The notes: generated by a model from the sequence alone, not told the origin. 62,917 bases of DNA, filler included, from Octopus bimaculoides (GCF_001194135.2; 5 parts of 5 records of this genome joined end to end with filler, not necessarily neighbours in it); one strand, 5' to 3'; positions 1 to 12,921 are shown, counted from the first letter of the whole stretch. Made by a program: numbers and translations.

Positions 1-386
1 CATGTTACCCGTTCCAGAGTATGGACCAGACAACCCAAGATGGTCCAAGAGAACCCGTAAAACCCAAGAGAGACTTTGCTGTTGATACTTCTTGTGTAGC
101 ATCAATTTCAGTGGGGAGGTGTTATATGGACTGTTAGATATGTAATTCGTCTGATGTTCCGTGTGTCACTGTGGTTCGTCTGAGTTCATTGTTTCATTGT
201 TGTTGTCTTGTGTGACTGTCGTAGTAAAATGTCATTGATATATATGGCGGACATGATTCTTGTTTATTCATAACGAACATTGGGTGAGTGCGTTCTTTGT
301 ATGTAATTGAATAATAAATGTAATAATTAAATTGTACAACTCGTTGTGTTATCTCTGCGAGTCATCCGAGGGAAATAGAACTCCCA
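1..386 (+). mobile_element. 3' end of an LTR retrotransposon (Gypsy-like): pol C-terminus, polypurine tract and 3' LTR
   Basis: Frame 2-85 ends NPRWSKRTRKTQERLCC*, resembling the R-S-x-R-x-R-K tail of Gypsy pol. PPT AGTGGGGAGG (110-119) directly precedes TGTTAT (120). AATAAA at 313-318 and a candidate CA end at 385-386. Confidence 0.6.
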
Positions 387-1821
387 TCTATTTCAATGTA
401 TGAATGCTTGAAAGAGAGGATTTTAAAAAAAGTGGGAAAAAGAAAAAAATGTGAGAAAAGAAAAAAAACAACTTTAAGAATAAAAGAAGCTGCATCTATT
501 TGTGATGGATGCAATTATCACAAAGGTCACACCGCAACCAAACTTCATTCTTCACGATCTGCTGAAGTGGTTCTCTCCATGATATATTTATGCATCATGC
601 AGTTAAAGAGAAGAAATTATTAAAATTAGTTATTACTCATTTTTCCCCAGTTTAGACATAATTTCTTGAAAATTGAAAATGATCATATTGACTTGGAATC
701 CAACACCAAAAATTATTCAGATAGCAACCTCATTCTTCCTGCCTTTGTATCCACTCCAGAATCTATTATAGATGGAGCACCCTGTGTCCTCTTCCTCCAA
801 ATCCTCTGCATTATCACAGTCATCATCACTATTGTCATATGCTACAGTGTAGACACTACACTATCTGTTTTCTGCCATTTTGGAACAAGTGATTCCCCTT
901 CCTTTCCACACTTAGACTTTTGTTGCATCTTTGGTGCATTTTTACTTCTTTTTTCCTGTAGAAATAACAATACAATCACCTTACCACCTCTCGATTCTGT
1001 GTAAAGCACTTTCAAATGCTGGCACATATCTGTAAGGTGTGGAAGAATTCTTCTCTTCCATTTATATAAACCTATGTCCTATGTCTTAAGTGACTCATTA
1101 TGTCCCATCCCATAAATTGACAAATGACTAAGTGATCCATTAAGCTCCATTTTAGAATTTCTTTGAGTATCAAAATTTCCAAGGATATTTCCTTCATCCT
1201 ACATAACATAAGCAAAGAAGATACTCTGAACATACCTCTGGTACAAAAAATCCAAATCTGCAGTACTTCTTGCAGCACTGCAAAGTTTTGTTTGATGATC
1301 AAAAATTGGTTGGTCTAGTGACTGAGGTCTGCGATCCAGAATGGGTAACTTGAAAAGGAGTCACCAGGAAGAATACAACATTTATATTAGTAGGAGAGCT
1401 AATGTAATTCATAATGGCTGCTACATCATACTTCCTAGTTTGAAGTTGGAAGAAAATGATGAAAATCTGGTAAATGACCCATTATGCCCCACTGAACCAT
1501 TATACCTCACTCCACTCTCTAGAATTAACAAAAGGTAATGAATGCAAGTATACATGATAAACAGCATAACAAAAAAGGAGTATGATGAATATGCAATCCT
1601 CCTGACACAGGACTTCTATGGGTAATTTTGGAATCCCACTATCCCAGATCTTCCTGAACTACCCTCTCCAACTTTTGTTCTTTGACTTACAGGCTTATAC
1701 TTAGTGTGGTGCTATCAATTCTTGCCATTTTCACCACTTTCACTAATATTTCAATAAAATCCCTTGGGGACAACCTCCCACTCCATCCTCTTCAATAGCC
1801 CCATATACCCATGTCATTGTA

Positions 1822-3083
1822 ACAGGTCATCCCATAAGTTCTGTCCGATTTTACCTTTTCTAAAATTGAATGAAATTTAATAGTATTCTAGAATGTCTAA
1901 TGGAATTTAAAATTATTTTTATGCATTTGTGTACATTCAAACTNNNNNNNNNNNNNNNNNNNNNNNNNNNNNNNNNNNNNNNNNNNNNNNNNNNNNNNNN
2001 NNNNNNNNNNNNNNNNNNNNNNNNNNNNNNNNNNNNNNNNNNNNNNNNNNNCAGCTGAAGTGACTCGAAACATAGACTCAGTTTATGGGAAAGAATGCTT
2101 GAATGAAAGAACTTGCAGAAGATGGTTTGCAAAATTCAGAAGTGGAGATTTCAGTCATGAAGATGAAGATCGAACAGAACGAGTTTGATGATAAGCTCCT
2201 TGAGGCATTACTTGAAGAAAATCCTGCATTATCAGTTGAAGAATTGGCAATAAAGCTTAGTTCAAACCATACGACTGTTCGTCGTCATCTTCAATAACTT
2301 GGAAAGGTTCCTAAACTTGGAAAATGGATGCCTCATGAATTGTCCGAAAGCAATCGCAAATCCTGAGTTGACATCTGCTTTTCTCTCCATTTTCGTGAAT
2401 TCATTTCTCTGTTTTTGGATAGACTTATGACTGGTGATGAAAAATGGATCTTCTATCGAAATGTTAAATGTCGTAAACAGTGGCTTGGTAAAAGGAAAAA
2501 AAAACTCAACCACAATTGAAAAGGGAACTTCATGGGAAAAAGGTTTTTCTCTCTATCTGGTAGGATTGTAAAGGAGTAAATCACTTTGAATTGTTACCAC
2601 CTAATGCAATAATCAATGCTCGAGTCTACTGTCAGCAATTAGAGTATTTGAACCAAGCTTTGAAGAAAAAACGACCCGCTTTAGTGAATCAAAAAGGAGT
2701 GATGTTTCATCAGGACAATGCACAACCCTACACTGCAAAGATCACATCACAGAAGATTGAAGAGCTTGATTGGGAAAAAATTCCTTATTCACCTTATGCT
2801 CCTGACCTTGCTCCTTCAGACTACCATTTGTTTTGTAGTTTAAAGAATCATTTGGGGGACATGACTTTTGTAAGCCAGGAGGAGGTCGAAACTGACATTT
2901 CAGAGTTCTTTGCTTTGAAACCAAGAGTTTTACATTGATGGGATTAAAAAGCTTGTAAATAGATGAAAGGAAGTCATAGATAATCAGGGTAAGTACATTG
3001 ATGATTAAATTTCAATTAAATATAACATTTGATCACTTTTTTTCTTTATTCAAAATTTGGACAGAACTTATGGGATGACCTGA
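1822..3083 (+). mobile_element. Mariner (DD34D) transposon A, near full length, transposase pseudogenised
   Basis: TIRs CAGGTCATCCCATAAGTTCTGTCC at both ends, flanked by TA (1820-21, 3084-85). Translation gives GKWMPHEL, MTGDEKWIFY, FHQDNAQP and YAPDLAPSDYHLF, with stops and frameshifts. Confidence 0.93.
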
Positions 3084-4479
3084 TATATACAAGTACTCCC
3101 TACACCCATGACTATATTATACAGTAGCCCAATACATCCATGTTTGTGCATAGAGTAGCTCCTTACATCCATATCTCTGTGTAAACAACAGCCCTGAAAC
3201 CTGTGTCTCTATGTATAGAACAGCCCCTACACCTATGTCTTTGTGTATACAACAGTGTCATATATCCATGTCTCTGTGTATACAATTGCTCCTTACAACC
3301 ATTTCTATGTGTTTACAATAGACCATATACCCATGTCTCAATGTATACAATAGCCCCCTACAGCCATATATCTGTGTATACAATAATACCCTACATCCAT
3401 GTCTCACTTTCTACAACAGCCCCATTTACCCATGTCTCTGTATATGCAATAGTCACTACGGCTTTGTGTATGTATATTCAACAGCCCCATATATCTATAT
3501 CTCTGTGTATACAATAGCCCCTACACCTATGCCTTGGTGTATTCAACAGCTCCATATAGTATACATGGATATATGGGCCTATTGTTTACAGAGACACCTC
3601 TGTGTCTCTGTATACAATAGGCCAATATCCATGTCTCTCTCTTTGTACAATCACCCCTACATCCTTGTAGGATGTATACAATTGCTCCCTCTGTATTTAT
3701 ATCTCTTTGTATTTAATAGCCTCCCACACACATCTCTGTGTATACAATATCTCCTACACCCTTGTGTTTTGTGTATACAATAGGTCGATATACCCATATC
3801 ACTGTGTATACAATTTCCCCGTACACCTTTGTATCTGTGTATATATTAGCCCCATATAACCAGGTCTTTGTCTATACAATAGCTCCAACACATGTCTCTG
3901 TTTATACAATAGCCACATATATTCATATATCTGTGAATACAATAGCACCCAGCACCATGTCTCTATGTATGTAATAACCCCATAAATCAATGTCTTTGTG
4001 TGTACAATAGCCCCATATACCCATATCTCTGTATATTCAACAGACTCCTATACCCTTCTGTCTATGTATACAATTTCCCCCTGCATCTGTCTGTCTGTGT
4101 ATATAATTGCCCCTGCTCCACTGTCGCTGTGTATACTATAGCCCTTTCACCCTTGTTTTCATGTATATGATAGCTCCACATACCTATGTCTCTGTGTATC
4201 CAATAGTCTTATTTACCCATGTCTCTGTATACAGTAGACCTCTACACCCTTGTGTCTATATACGACAGCCCTATACACCCATGTCTGTGTGAATACTAGA
4301 TCTCCCTAAACCCATGTCATTGTGTATACAATAGCTCCATGTTTACATATAGAATAACTACCTACACTCATATCTCTGTGTGTACAATAGCCCCTACATG
4401 TGTGTCTCTGTATATACAACCACTTCATCACCCACATCTTTGTGTATACAACAGTGCCATATATCCAAGTCTCTGTATA
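3084..4479. repeat. Degenerate 32-33 bp minisatellite (TATACAATAGCCCC(T)ACACCCATGTCTCTGTG), roughly 40 units
   Basis: The unit is visibly reiterated. One further unit lies at ~1790-1821, left of mariner A. Confidence 0.92.
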
Positions 4480-4759
4480 TGAGGTGGTATCAAAAAGTTC
4501 CTGGACTAGTTATCTATATAACAAAGATGAATGTCTGAGTGTGTGTTTGTCAATTTATAGAAAGAAAGGCTAGAGAATCTACACAAAAACTAAGTTAATT
4601 CTTGTGTAAAATTTTCCGAGAAAAACTATAGAAGTGGTCCTGAGTCTCTAGGTGCTCCCCTAAGGGAGCTATGGGCCCTTTTCCAAAATGTTGCCCACAG
4701 TGCAGTCCTCCCCTTCCCCCACCCCAAATGACTGGTCTAAGGGATATGATTAAATAAAA

Positions 4760-4885
4760 GTTCGGGGAAGTTAATAAGAAATGTCATAGAGGCTACAATA
4801 ATTTCTGTCTGTGGAAAAGGCAAAGATGTTTTTATTCCTTGCTTACCTTTAATACCTTCCAATATGCCCTTTGAGTTCAAAATGG
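4760..4885 (+). mobile_element. Duplicated Helitron helicase fragment
   Basis: Near-identical to ~5200-5312 (ACAATAATTTCTGTCTGTGGAAAAGGCAAAGATG...CCTTTAATACC). Confidence 0.75.
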
Positions 4886-4974
4886 GGAAAACTAAAAATA
4901 TGTAATGTTTTTTGGTGCCATGGTTGTGCAAAAGAGCAATCATGGCACTAAGGAACATTACTGTGAATAATTCA

Positions 4975-5525
4975 AATGAAAGACTCGAAAGGTTTTACCA
5001 GGAAATGAACATACTTACGAATCTATAGACTCTGTTGTGGATGACTCAGAAACAGTCAGTTATCCAGTTGAGTTCTTAAACTCTCTGGAGCCATCAGGAG
5101 CTCCTCCTCATTGCCTTCAATTGAAAATAGGTGCTCCAATCATGCTTCTCTGCAACCTTTCTCAGGCAAGGTTGTGCAATGGCACAAGACTTGTCAAGAA
5201 ATTAATGAGAAATGTCAGAGCCCACAATAATTTCTGTCTGTGGAAAAGGCAAAGATGATTTTATTCCTCGCTTACCTTTAATACCTCCCAACATGCCCTT
5301 TGACTTCAAAATGACTTCAATTTCCAATACGTCTGTCTTTTGTGATGTCCATTAATAAGTCCTAAGATCTGACTTTGAAAGTTGTTGGTTTGCAATTAGG
5401 AGGAGGACTGTTTTTCACACGGTCAGCTATATGTTGGGGCATCCAGAGTGGGGAGCAAAAACAATCTTTTCATTTTCGCCCCTACTGGTAAAACCCGAAA
5501 CATTGTCTGTTAGGAAGTTTTTAGC
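4975..5525 (+). mobile_element. Helitron PIF1-like helicase C-terminal fragment (pseudogene)
   Basis: Motifs [32 protein letters not shown]...RLCNGTRL, then FPIRLSFVMSINKS and CFSHGQLYVGASRV. Confidence 0.9.
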
Positions 5526-6743
5526 ATGAAATCAACAAATTAAAATTTGCAGAATGAAAAATAACTTTGAATTGATATTGTCAATGTCATACTATATTTG
5601 TCTAAGAAAAGCTATTTGTATTTTTGTTTGTTGTTATACTTAAGTTCAATAAATTATAGTACATATAATTTTAGTTTTCCCCAAACTTATATTTTAGTTA
5701 TCTTATACTAGACTTAAGCCAAAGTCTGTGCAATGTTTACTTCATTTATAGACTGAAATACTAGAGATCATAGATCATAAGTTTATATGCACCCATGATG
5801 ATATTGCCCAGAAGGAAACAGCTCTATCAACTACATGAAAGTCGACAGTAATTTCTTATAAATGTTCAATACAATCTAACTGAATAACTTTCAATATTCA
5901 TAGTACAATTTTGGAGGCTTTTTTTAAACCCAGTCAATGACAGGTGTTTCTGCTTGAGTTTTAACATCATCTTCAAAATAGTCACCTTACGCAGTAATAC
6001 ACCAGTCCCAGCATTTCTGCCACTTTTGGAATCTGGCCTGGAAGTTGTTTTCCATAAGCGAGTTCAGGACCTTCTACGATTCACTCTGAATTTTGACAAT
6101 GGTATTAAAATGGCACCCTCTGAGCTACATTTTCATCTTGGGGAGGAGATGGAAGTCCGCAAGTGGTAGATCTGATGAATAGGGCAGGAATGAAAGTGAT
6201 ACCATATTATTTTGGCAAGAAACTCACGAGTGAGGAGAGCTTGGTGACAGGGTGCAATGTCATTGTAAAGAATCCAATTCTTTGTGCTCCAAAAATCTAG
6301 TCACTTTCACCAAATGTTCTCCCTCAAATGCTTCAAAATCTCACAGTAGAACTTTTGATTGACAATCTGACCCTGGGGGACAAATTCTTGATGTTCAACA
6401 TGGATGTTGAAAAAAACGATGAGCATGCTTTTCAGTGAGCTGCAGCTCTGTCATGCCTTTGGTTGTGGAGATGAAGGACTCTTCCATTATGAAGACTGTT
6501 GCTTCATCTCAGGGTCATACCTGTAGACCCAACTCTCATCACCTGTGATGATCCTCAACATGAAGGATAGGTCATCAGTAGTACACCGACAGAGATCTCG
6601 ACAGGCTTCGATGCAATGTTCTTTCTGTTCAGTGGTCAGCAGGAGGGGGGGGGCAAACTTGGCAGAGACATGCCGCATGTTCACTTCAGGTGTTATGGTT
6701 GCCTGCATAGACCCATGTGACAGACACTAACAACATCAGCAAT

Positions 6744-7050
6744 ACAGTTCTATATTTGAGAGATGAGGAATTATGTACATTATTTACATTTGACGGATAT
6801 TTGTCCTCATCTTGTTTATAGTTAACACAACGTTTCGGCTGATACACCCTCCAGCCTTCATCAGGTGTCCTGGGGGAATTTCAAACCTGGGTTCTCATTC
6901 CTAAGGTATTTTTCTGAAAAAAACTTTAGGAATCAGAATCCAGGTTCAAAATTCCCCCAAGATACCTGATGAAGGCTGGAGAGTACATCAGATGAAATGT
7001 GTTAACAAACAAGATGAGGACAAATATCTGTCAAATGTAAGTAATTAAAT
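6744..7050. mobile_element. Non-coding foldback element, PLE-derived, with hammerhead motifs in both arms
   Basis: Arms ~6784-6905 and ~6926-7040 are reverse complements. Direct repeat AACATCAGCAAT at 6732-6743 and 7051-7062 flanks it, and the mariner ORF rejoins across it. Confidence 0.85.
6824..6869 (-). ncRNA. Minimal type-I hammerhead ribozyme motif
   Basis: Reads GACAC-CUGAUGA-A-GGCUG(GAGGGUGUAU)CAGCC-GAAAC-GUU-GUGUU: intact core, 5-bp stem II, palindromic ACGU stem III, and stem I GACAC/GUGUU. Confidence 0.7.
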
Positions 7051-7439
7051 AACATCAGCAATGTTGTTGATTGTCCTCCGATGATCTTCGTGCACAAGCT
7101 GGTGAATTTTCTCCACATTCCCGGGGACGATGCTTGTGGTAGGTGTTCAGATCACTCATCTTCCACTTTTGAAGCACCTGTGCCACTCGCAACATTGCGT
7201 CTGTAGCAGACTTCCCAAGTTTAACACAAAATTTCCCATTGGCTCTTTATTCCTGTTCATGACAAAATCACTGACTACAACATACACGTGATCACAAGCA
7301 CACAAATTTCACAACTTGCGAAGTAAACACAATGATGTCACTTGGCACACTGCCTCATGAAGGTCGCTGTTAGCTCTCACACAACTGTGTGCTGCTATCT
7401 GTTGGCATGCTTCAGAACTAGTCCAGAACTACCCCCTCA

Positions 7440-7632
7440 TACAATACCCCCCTACAAGGGATATCTCTGTATTCAGCAGTCCCCCTACAGCCTTCTGTTT
7501 CTGTATACTGTAAGTCTGTATACCCATGTCTGTGTACAACTGGCCCTTACACCTTCGTGTTTGTGCATACAATAGCTCACTACACCTATGTCTCTGAATA
7601 TAATAGCCCCCTACACCCTTGTGTCTCTGTAT
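7440..7632. repeat. Continuation of the 32-33 bp minisatellite
   Basis: Same ACAATAGCCCCCTACACC...TGTCTCTG units resume immediately after the mariner B TA. Confidence 0.85.
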
Positions 7633-10600
7633 AAATACAAGTTATGCTTTCAGCTATTTGCACCCTGTGTGAAGTTTGTTTTTGGATGAGTGGAATGTTT
7701 TTTTTATTACCACACATTTAGAACATTGAAGGGTATAGTCCTCTACATCATGTGAATAACCTGGCTTTTGCATTTCAGACAATTGTTTGAAACTGAAATT
7801 GGTGCAAGTGAGGACATCATTGTGAACCCTGTTTTATGATTTATCTTCTCACAATTTATTGATAAATCAGCAGGTTCATGGGGTCATTGTGTAGATGCTG
7901 TCATATGTAATCAAACTGAAATCCTTCTTGGCCTAATATGACAGGAATTTCAAAAAGTGTTTTTAAAATTATTTCAATGCTACTTGATAATCAGATCTCC
8001 AACTAAACTCAATGTCTTTTTTTTTTTCCCCCCCAAAGAGTTAAATAATATATTTCAGCACTTCACCATGAAATTTAACTGATCCTTGAAGGAATTACTT
8101 ACTAGACAGTGAATGGACACCTAACATTTTCTAGTTTAAATGCAACTCCAAACAAACCCTTCCTTTTAATTAGAATGTGCCAAAAGCAATAATCTCTTTC
8201 CAGTAACCAATCATTTTTCTGAAACGGTACCCATACCATACTTGGGGTTTCATTGCAATTTTAGCCTTTAATTTTACATCATTGTGAATTGCTACAACCA
8301 AATAATTATCATTTTCATAAACTATTTTACTCTCAATCTGTCACTGGCAGCAATTTCTTTTCTGTTGCATGTTGAAGAAGTGACTAGCAAGTATAACATT
8401 CATGTCTATCTCAGTAATTATGGCGATCTCTTTAAAAATCCCATCACATCTCTAAGACATTGGATATTATAAAAATAGTCAATTCTAGCAAATGAGCATG
8501 AAGTATATTTGGAGTTAGATATGAAGTTGATCAGTTCTGATTAATTCCTACATTATAATCACCATAGATACAAAAGTCACTGATTTACAAGTACTAGCTA
8601 TATTCTAGTCTTTCGTTTTCTGTAATTTCACACCTATCTGTATCAAATATAAATTAGAAGTTTACAAGATAGCAAGTATGACTGATATATAGTTTTTCTT
8701 TTAATTCAACACTAAATTTATGTATTATTAACATCAGATAAATCATAGGGGATTTGTCTAGTGCTGTTTCCAACCAGACTATTACTTTAACACACTTCAT
8801 TATCTCTATAACTTGTAGTCATTTGTCTGTTTCTAAAATATCTTCAAAGCAGCCCAATGTTTTGTTGGTTCGCTGTGGTATAGTGCCTGAGGGACCAGCT
8901 ACTTCATTGTGCTTGGTGTTAAAACACGTGAAAGTCATAGACAGGCATTTGTTTTAACACTGATGTATATGTTTTGTTTGTAGACACGCAAGTAGTGTGG
9001 GTACTGAGAGGTGTTGGGTGCTAGTGTGTGGTGTGAGTACTGAGTAGAACAGTATATATAATGGTGTATGTGATGAGGGTACTGAGTTAGGCAGTGTACA
9101 GGTGTAGGGGTGGGAGGTGTGTGGTTTTAGATGAAAAGAGGTGGTGAATTAAGGCCACAAGGAGTAAAGGAATGAAGGGAGAAGACCAATGTTTTGCAGC
9201 ACTTTGAAAAGTCAGCTTTGGTGATACTTTGGCGTCACTGTTCCTTACTATGAAGGGTACAATTATTATAGGGGTTAAGTATGCAAATTAGGTGTCTGCT
9301 ATAATTAAGTTTAATATGTAAATTTAAGACCACCTTAATTAGAGGGAGTGTCTCCAAATTAGCTCTTTTTTAGTGATCCAATGGTCTAAGTGTTTAGTAT
9401 CTCTATTAGATCAATTACCTAGTAATAACTTTTAATAGGTATCACTATAGAATGCCATACAATGGAGACAAGCAGTTTGAATATGCAAAAACACGTTTTG
9501 CTTCATCATTTTCATATCAAAATAAATATTTTCTGAGGAAAATTATATATCATTTGAAAGTTCTGGATGTGAACTTTATTCTCATATTGTTTTAATTAAA
9601 ATCTGAGTTACATATCATGTCAGGGTCCTTCAAACACCCTAATATTTCCAAGCATTTATAAAGTTTGTACCGTTTTTTTTTGTTTTAACTGCTAACTGGC
9701 AGCCCTCATTCTAGTTCAATGTGCTCAAGCGCCATAACTTGAGTTGTGCTAAAAACCATACGAAGAGGAAGGTTTTTGCTCTATTTTAATAGAAAAATGA
9801 ATGGGGATAGGTAAAAAATATAATAGTATGAAATATGAAATATAATAGTTAAAATTTTATTGTTAATTTTCACCTAGAAAAGGACATATTTTCTTCAAGA
9901 TCTTTATATCATAAGAAAAAAATTTCTCATGAATTCAATGTGGTCATTGATAATTCTGGCTCTGATATGACAAAAAAGTGCAAAGTGAGTAAAGAGGGTG
10001 GTATACTGATCCTATTTGCCAAACTGACGTATTCACACAAGGCGAGCGGTCAAACATAACCAGTATTTCAAGAAATGGATGAACGAATTTTTAAGTAAAC
10101 ATATACTTCTACAAACAAATGCACTAAATTGAGTTTAATAAGTCTTCTAGAGCTCAAACTTAGCATGAAATCATTGTATTGAGAATGTTTATTTCCTCTC
10201 ACTGTTTTGACATGTGGAGAGCCACTAGGCAAATCTAGTAGATATTCTTGCACATGTAAATTTCATTTTTCTTTGAGAAGTATTGGTCAAATTCTGTCAA
10301 TAAAAATTATATTGTGCAATGAATATTATTTTGTAGACCATTAAAGTCAGATGTCATGTTTTTTTTTTCAATTTTGAATAGTTGGAATAATTTGTGTCAG
10401 TGTTTACATATTCGTTTTGTTTTTTTATTTTTTCCTCTCTCTCCTACTAACAAGCTTGCAGTAAGTTACAGATGTTGTTAATGCTTAAAGCAAAGAATTA
10501 GGTTATACATTTTGTTTGTTTTTTAATGTAGGTCAACATGCAATTTTGAGAAAGGTATTAGGTAGCTGTGGGATGTGCTAGAAACAACAGCTAAATCTTT

Positions 10601-12133
10601 CTGAAATCACACATTGTTTTGTTTGAAAATATTTTCAATTTTTTTTTTTAATGGAAAAGCTTGTCCCATCACTTTTAAGTGCATAGTGCAAACAAAATTG
10701 ACCAAAATTGATCCAGGTTGGGGATGAAAACAAATCAATCTTTCAAAAAAAAGCTTACTCCCATCATTTCCAAGACCATGATGCAAAAAAGAAAATAGAA
10801 AAATCCCAGTCAAAATGGAGAAAATCCAACTCACATGGGTGTGCTGATCTGAAACATCGCGATTTATAATAGTCCATTAAAATTTTATTGAAATGTCATG
10901 TTACAAAATGTCAGGATTTATTTAGTTCTATACCAATTACAAATGTGCCAAGTCCTTGTGACTTGTACTTTTGGATTTAACTAGGTCTGAAAACACTGCA
11001 AAATTGACTGTTGTGACATGTAATAAAATAGGCTTTACATAAATATTTAAAAAACTGCAAAAAAAAAAAAGTAAGAAGCTGCTATACTATGGTCACTATT
11101 AATTTGTGTTATTTGAAGATGATTATCACCTGTTTCCAAGATAAGACTAATTAGGCAAGATTTTGACCATTCTGCTAACCATTCAAATTGTCATATTTCC
11201 TAAAATATTCACCCAAATTTCACAAATGAGGTACAGTAGACACTACATTTAAATACTTTCAGACATTCATAATGATACCTACTTTTAACACATTTTATAT
11301 CATTATATAAATAACATTTACCCTAGTAAAAACTTTGAGCCACAAGTCTTCCATTATATCCTCATCCTGTTTCTTGACAAATAATCTTCAAACTTGTTTA
11401 CCCTTGCTCTCTGAATGCCCATTCTTCCATTAATTCCCCAAACTTCCCGTCAATCACTACCTAGNNNNNNNNNNNNNNNNNNNNNNNNNNNNNNNNNNNN
11501 NNNNNNNNNNNNNNNNNNNNNNNNNNNNNNNNNNNNNNNNNNNNNNNNNNNNNNNNNNNNNNNNNNNNNNNNNNNNNNNNNNNNNNNNNNNNNNNNNNNN
11601 NNNNNNNNNNNNNNNNNNNNNNNNNNNNNNNNNNNNNNNNNNNNNNNNNNNNNNNNNNNNNNNNNNNNNNNNNNNNNNNNNNNNNNNNNNNNNNNNNNNN
11701 NNNNNNNNNNNNNNNNNNNNNNNNNNNNNNNNNNNNNNNNNNNNNNNNNNNNNNNNNNNNNNNNNNNNNNNNNNNNNNNNNNNNNNNNNNNNNNNNNNNN
11801 NNNNNNNNNNNNNNNNNNNNNNNNNNNNNNNNNNNNNNNNNNNNNNNNNNNNNNNNNNNNNNNNNNNNNNNNNNNNNNNNNNNNNNNNNNNNNNNNNNNN
11901 NNNNNNNNNNNNNNNNNNNNNNNNNNNNNNNNNNNNNNNNNNNNNNNNNNNNNNNNNNNNNNNNNNNNNNNNNNNNNNNNNNNNNNNNNNNNNNNNNNNN
12001 NNNNNNNNNNNNNNNNNNNNNNNNNNNNNNNNNNNNNNNNNNNNNNNNNNNNNNNNNNNNNNNNNNNNNNNNNNNNNNNNNNNNNNNNNNNNNNNNNNNN
12101 NNNNNNNNNNNNNNNNNNNNNNNNNNNNNNNNN

Positions 12134-12165
<32 letters not shown>

Positions 12166-12261
12166 AAGACATTTCAATTTTATTCATTAATATACTTTAA
12201 AATAAATGACTTCTGTAATATGACCACTTACAAAGGGAACAATATTAATGATAATAATGAT

Positions 12262-12830
12262 TTCAAATTTTGGCAAAAAACCAGAAATTTTTAGGGGAGG
12301 AAGGAAGTCGATTGCATTGATCCCAAGGCTCAACTGGAACTTATTTTATTGATCCTGGAAGAATGAAAGGCAAAATTGACCTCAGCAAAATAATAATAAT
12401 GGATTCAAATTTTGCCACAAGGGCAGCAATTTTGGGGCAGAGGATGAGTTGATTACATTGACCCCAGTGTTCAAATGTTACTTATTTTATCAACTCCAAA
12501 AGGATGAAAGGCTAAGTCGACCTCGGCAGAATTTGAACTTAGAATGTAAAGATGGACGAAATAGCATTTTGCCTGGCATGCTAATGATTCTGTCAGCTTG
12601 CTGCCTGAATAGTAATAATAATACTTTCTACTATAATCTACTATGGGCACAAGGCCTGAAATTTTTTGGGAGGGGACTAGTTGATTATATCAACCCCAGT
12701 ACTTGACTGGTATTCATTTCATTGATCTCGAAAGGATGAAAGCAAAGTTGACCACAGTGGAATTTGAACCCAGAACAAAAATTAGACGAAATGTCACTAA
12801 GTGTTTTGTCAGCCAGTTTGCCACCTTAAT
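12262..12830 (-). mobile_element. Three tandem copies or fragments of tRNA-type SINE family B (~12262-12390, 12410-12605, 12625-12830) downstream of the NTMT1 stop
   Basis: Each contains variants of GATGAAAGG..AAGTCGACCTCGGC.GAATTTGAAC, the reverse of a B-box GTTCAAATTC. The family is also found at 55675-55862 and 56315-56510. Confidence 0.8.
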
Positions 12831-12921
12831 AATAATAGTAATAATCAAAAAGCCAAATAAAGATTTATAAATTCTATTTTTTTTTTACAAAGCTTTCAGC
12901 AGAGTTCTTTAGTTTGGCAGA

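Larger units (their letters stand above)
4480..7439 (-). mobile_element. Mariner transposon B, decayed and interrupted by Helitron DNA and a foldback insert
   Basis: Ends TGAGGTGGTATCAAAAAGTTCCTGGACTAGTT and AACTAGTCCAGAACTACCCCCTCA are inverted, each flanked by TA. Minus-strand translation at 5960-7200 gives EKIHQLVHEDHRRTINNIADV, RHVSAKF, ITGDESWVYRYDPE and WKSPSSPQPK. Confidence 0.85.

Noticed and set aside
9000-9720. GT-rich GTACTGAG reiterations and a possible DNA-transposon remnant
   Set aside because: No TIR pair, TSD or coding motif could be established.
12134-12163. Poly(A) tail of a retrocopy
   Set aside because: It abuts a gap with no visible body or TSD, and NTMT1 has an intron and is on the other strand.
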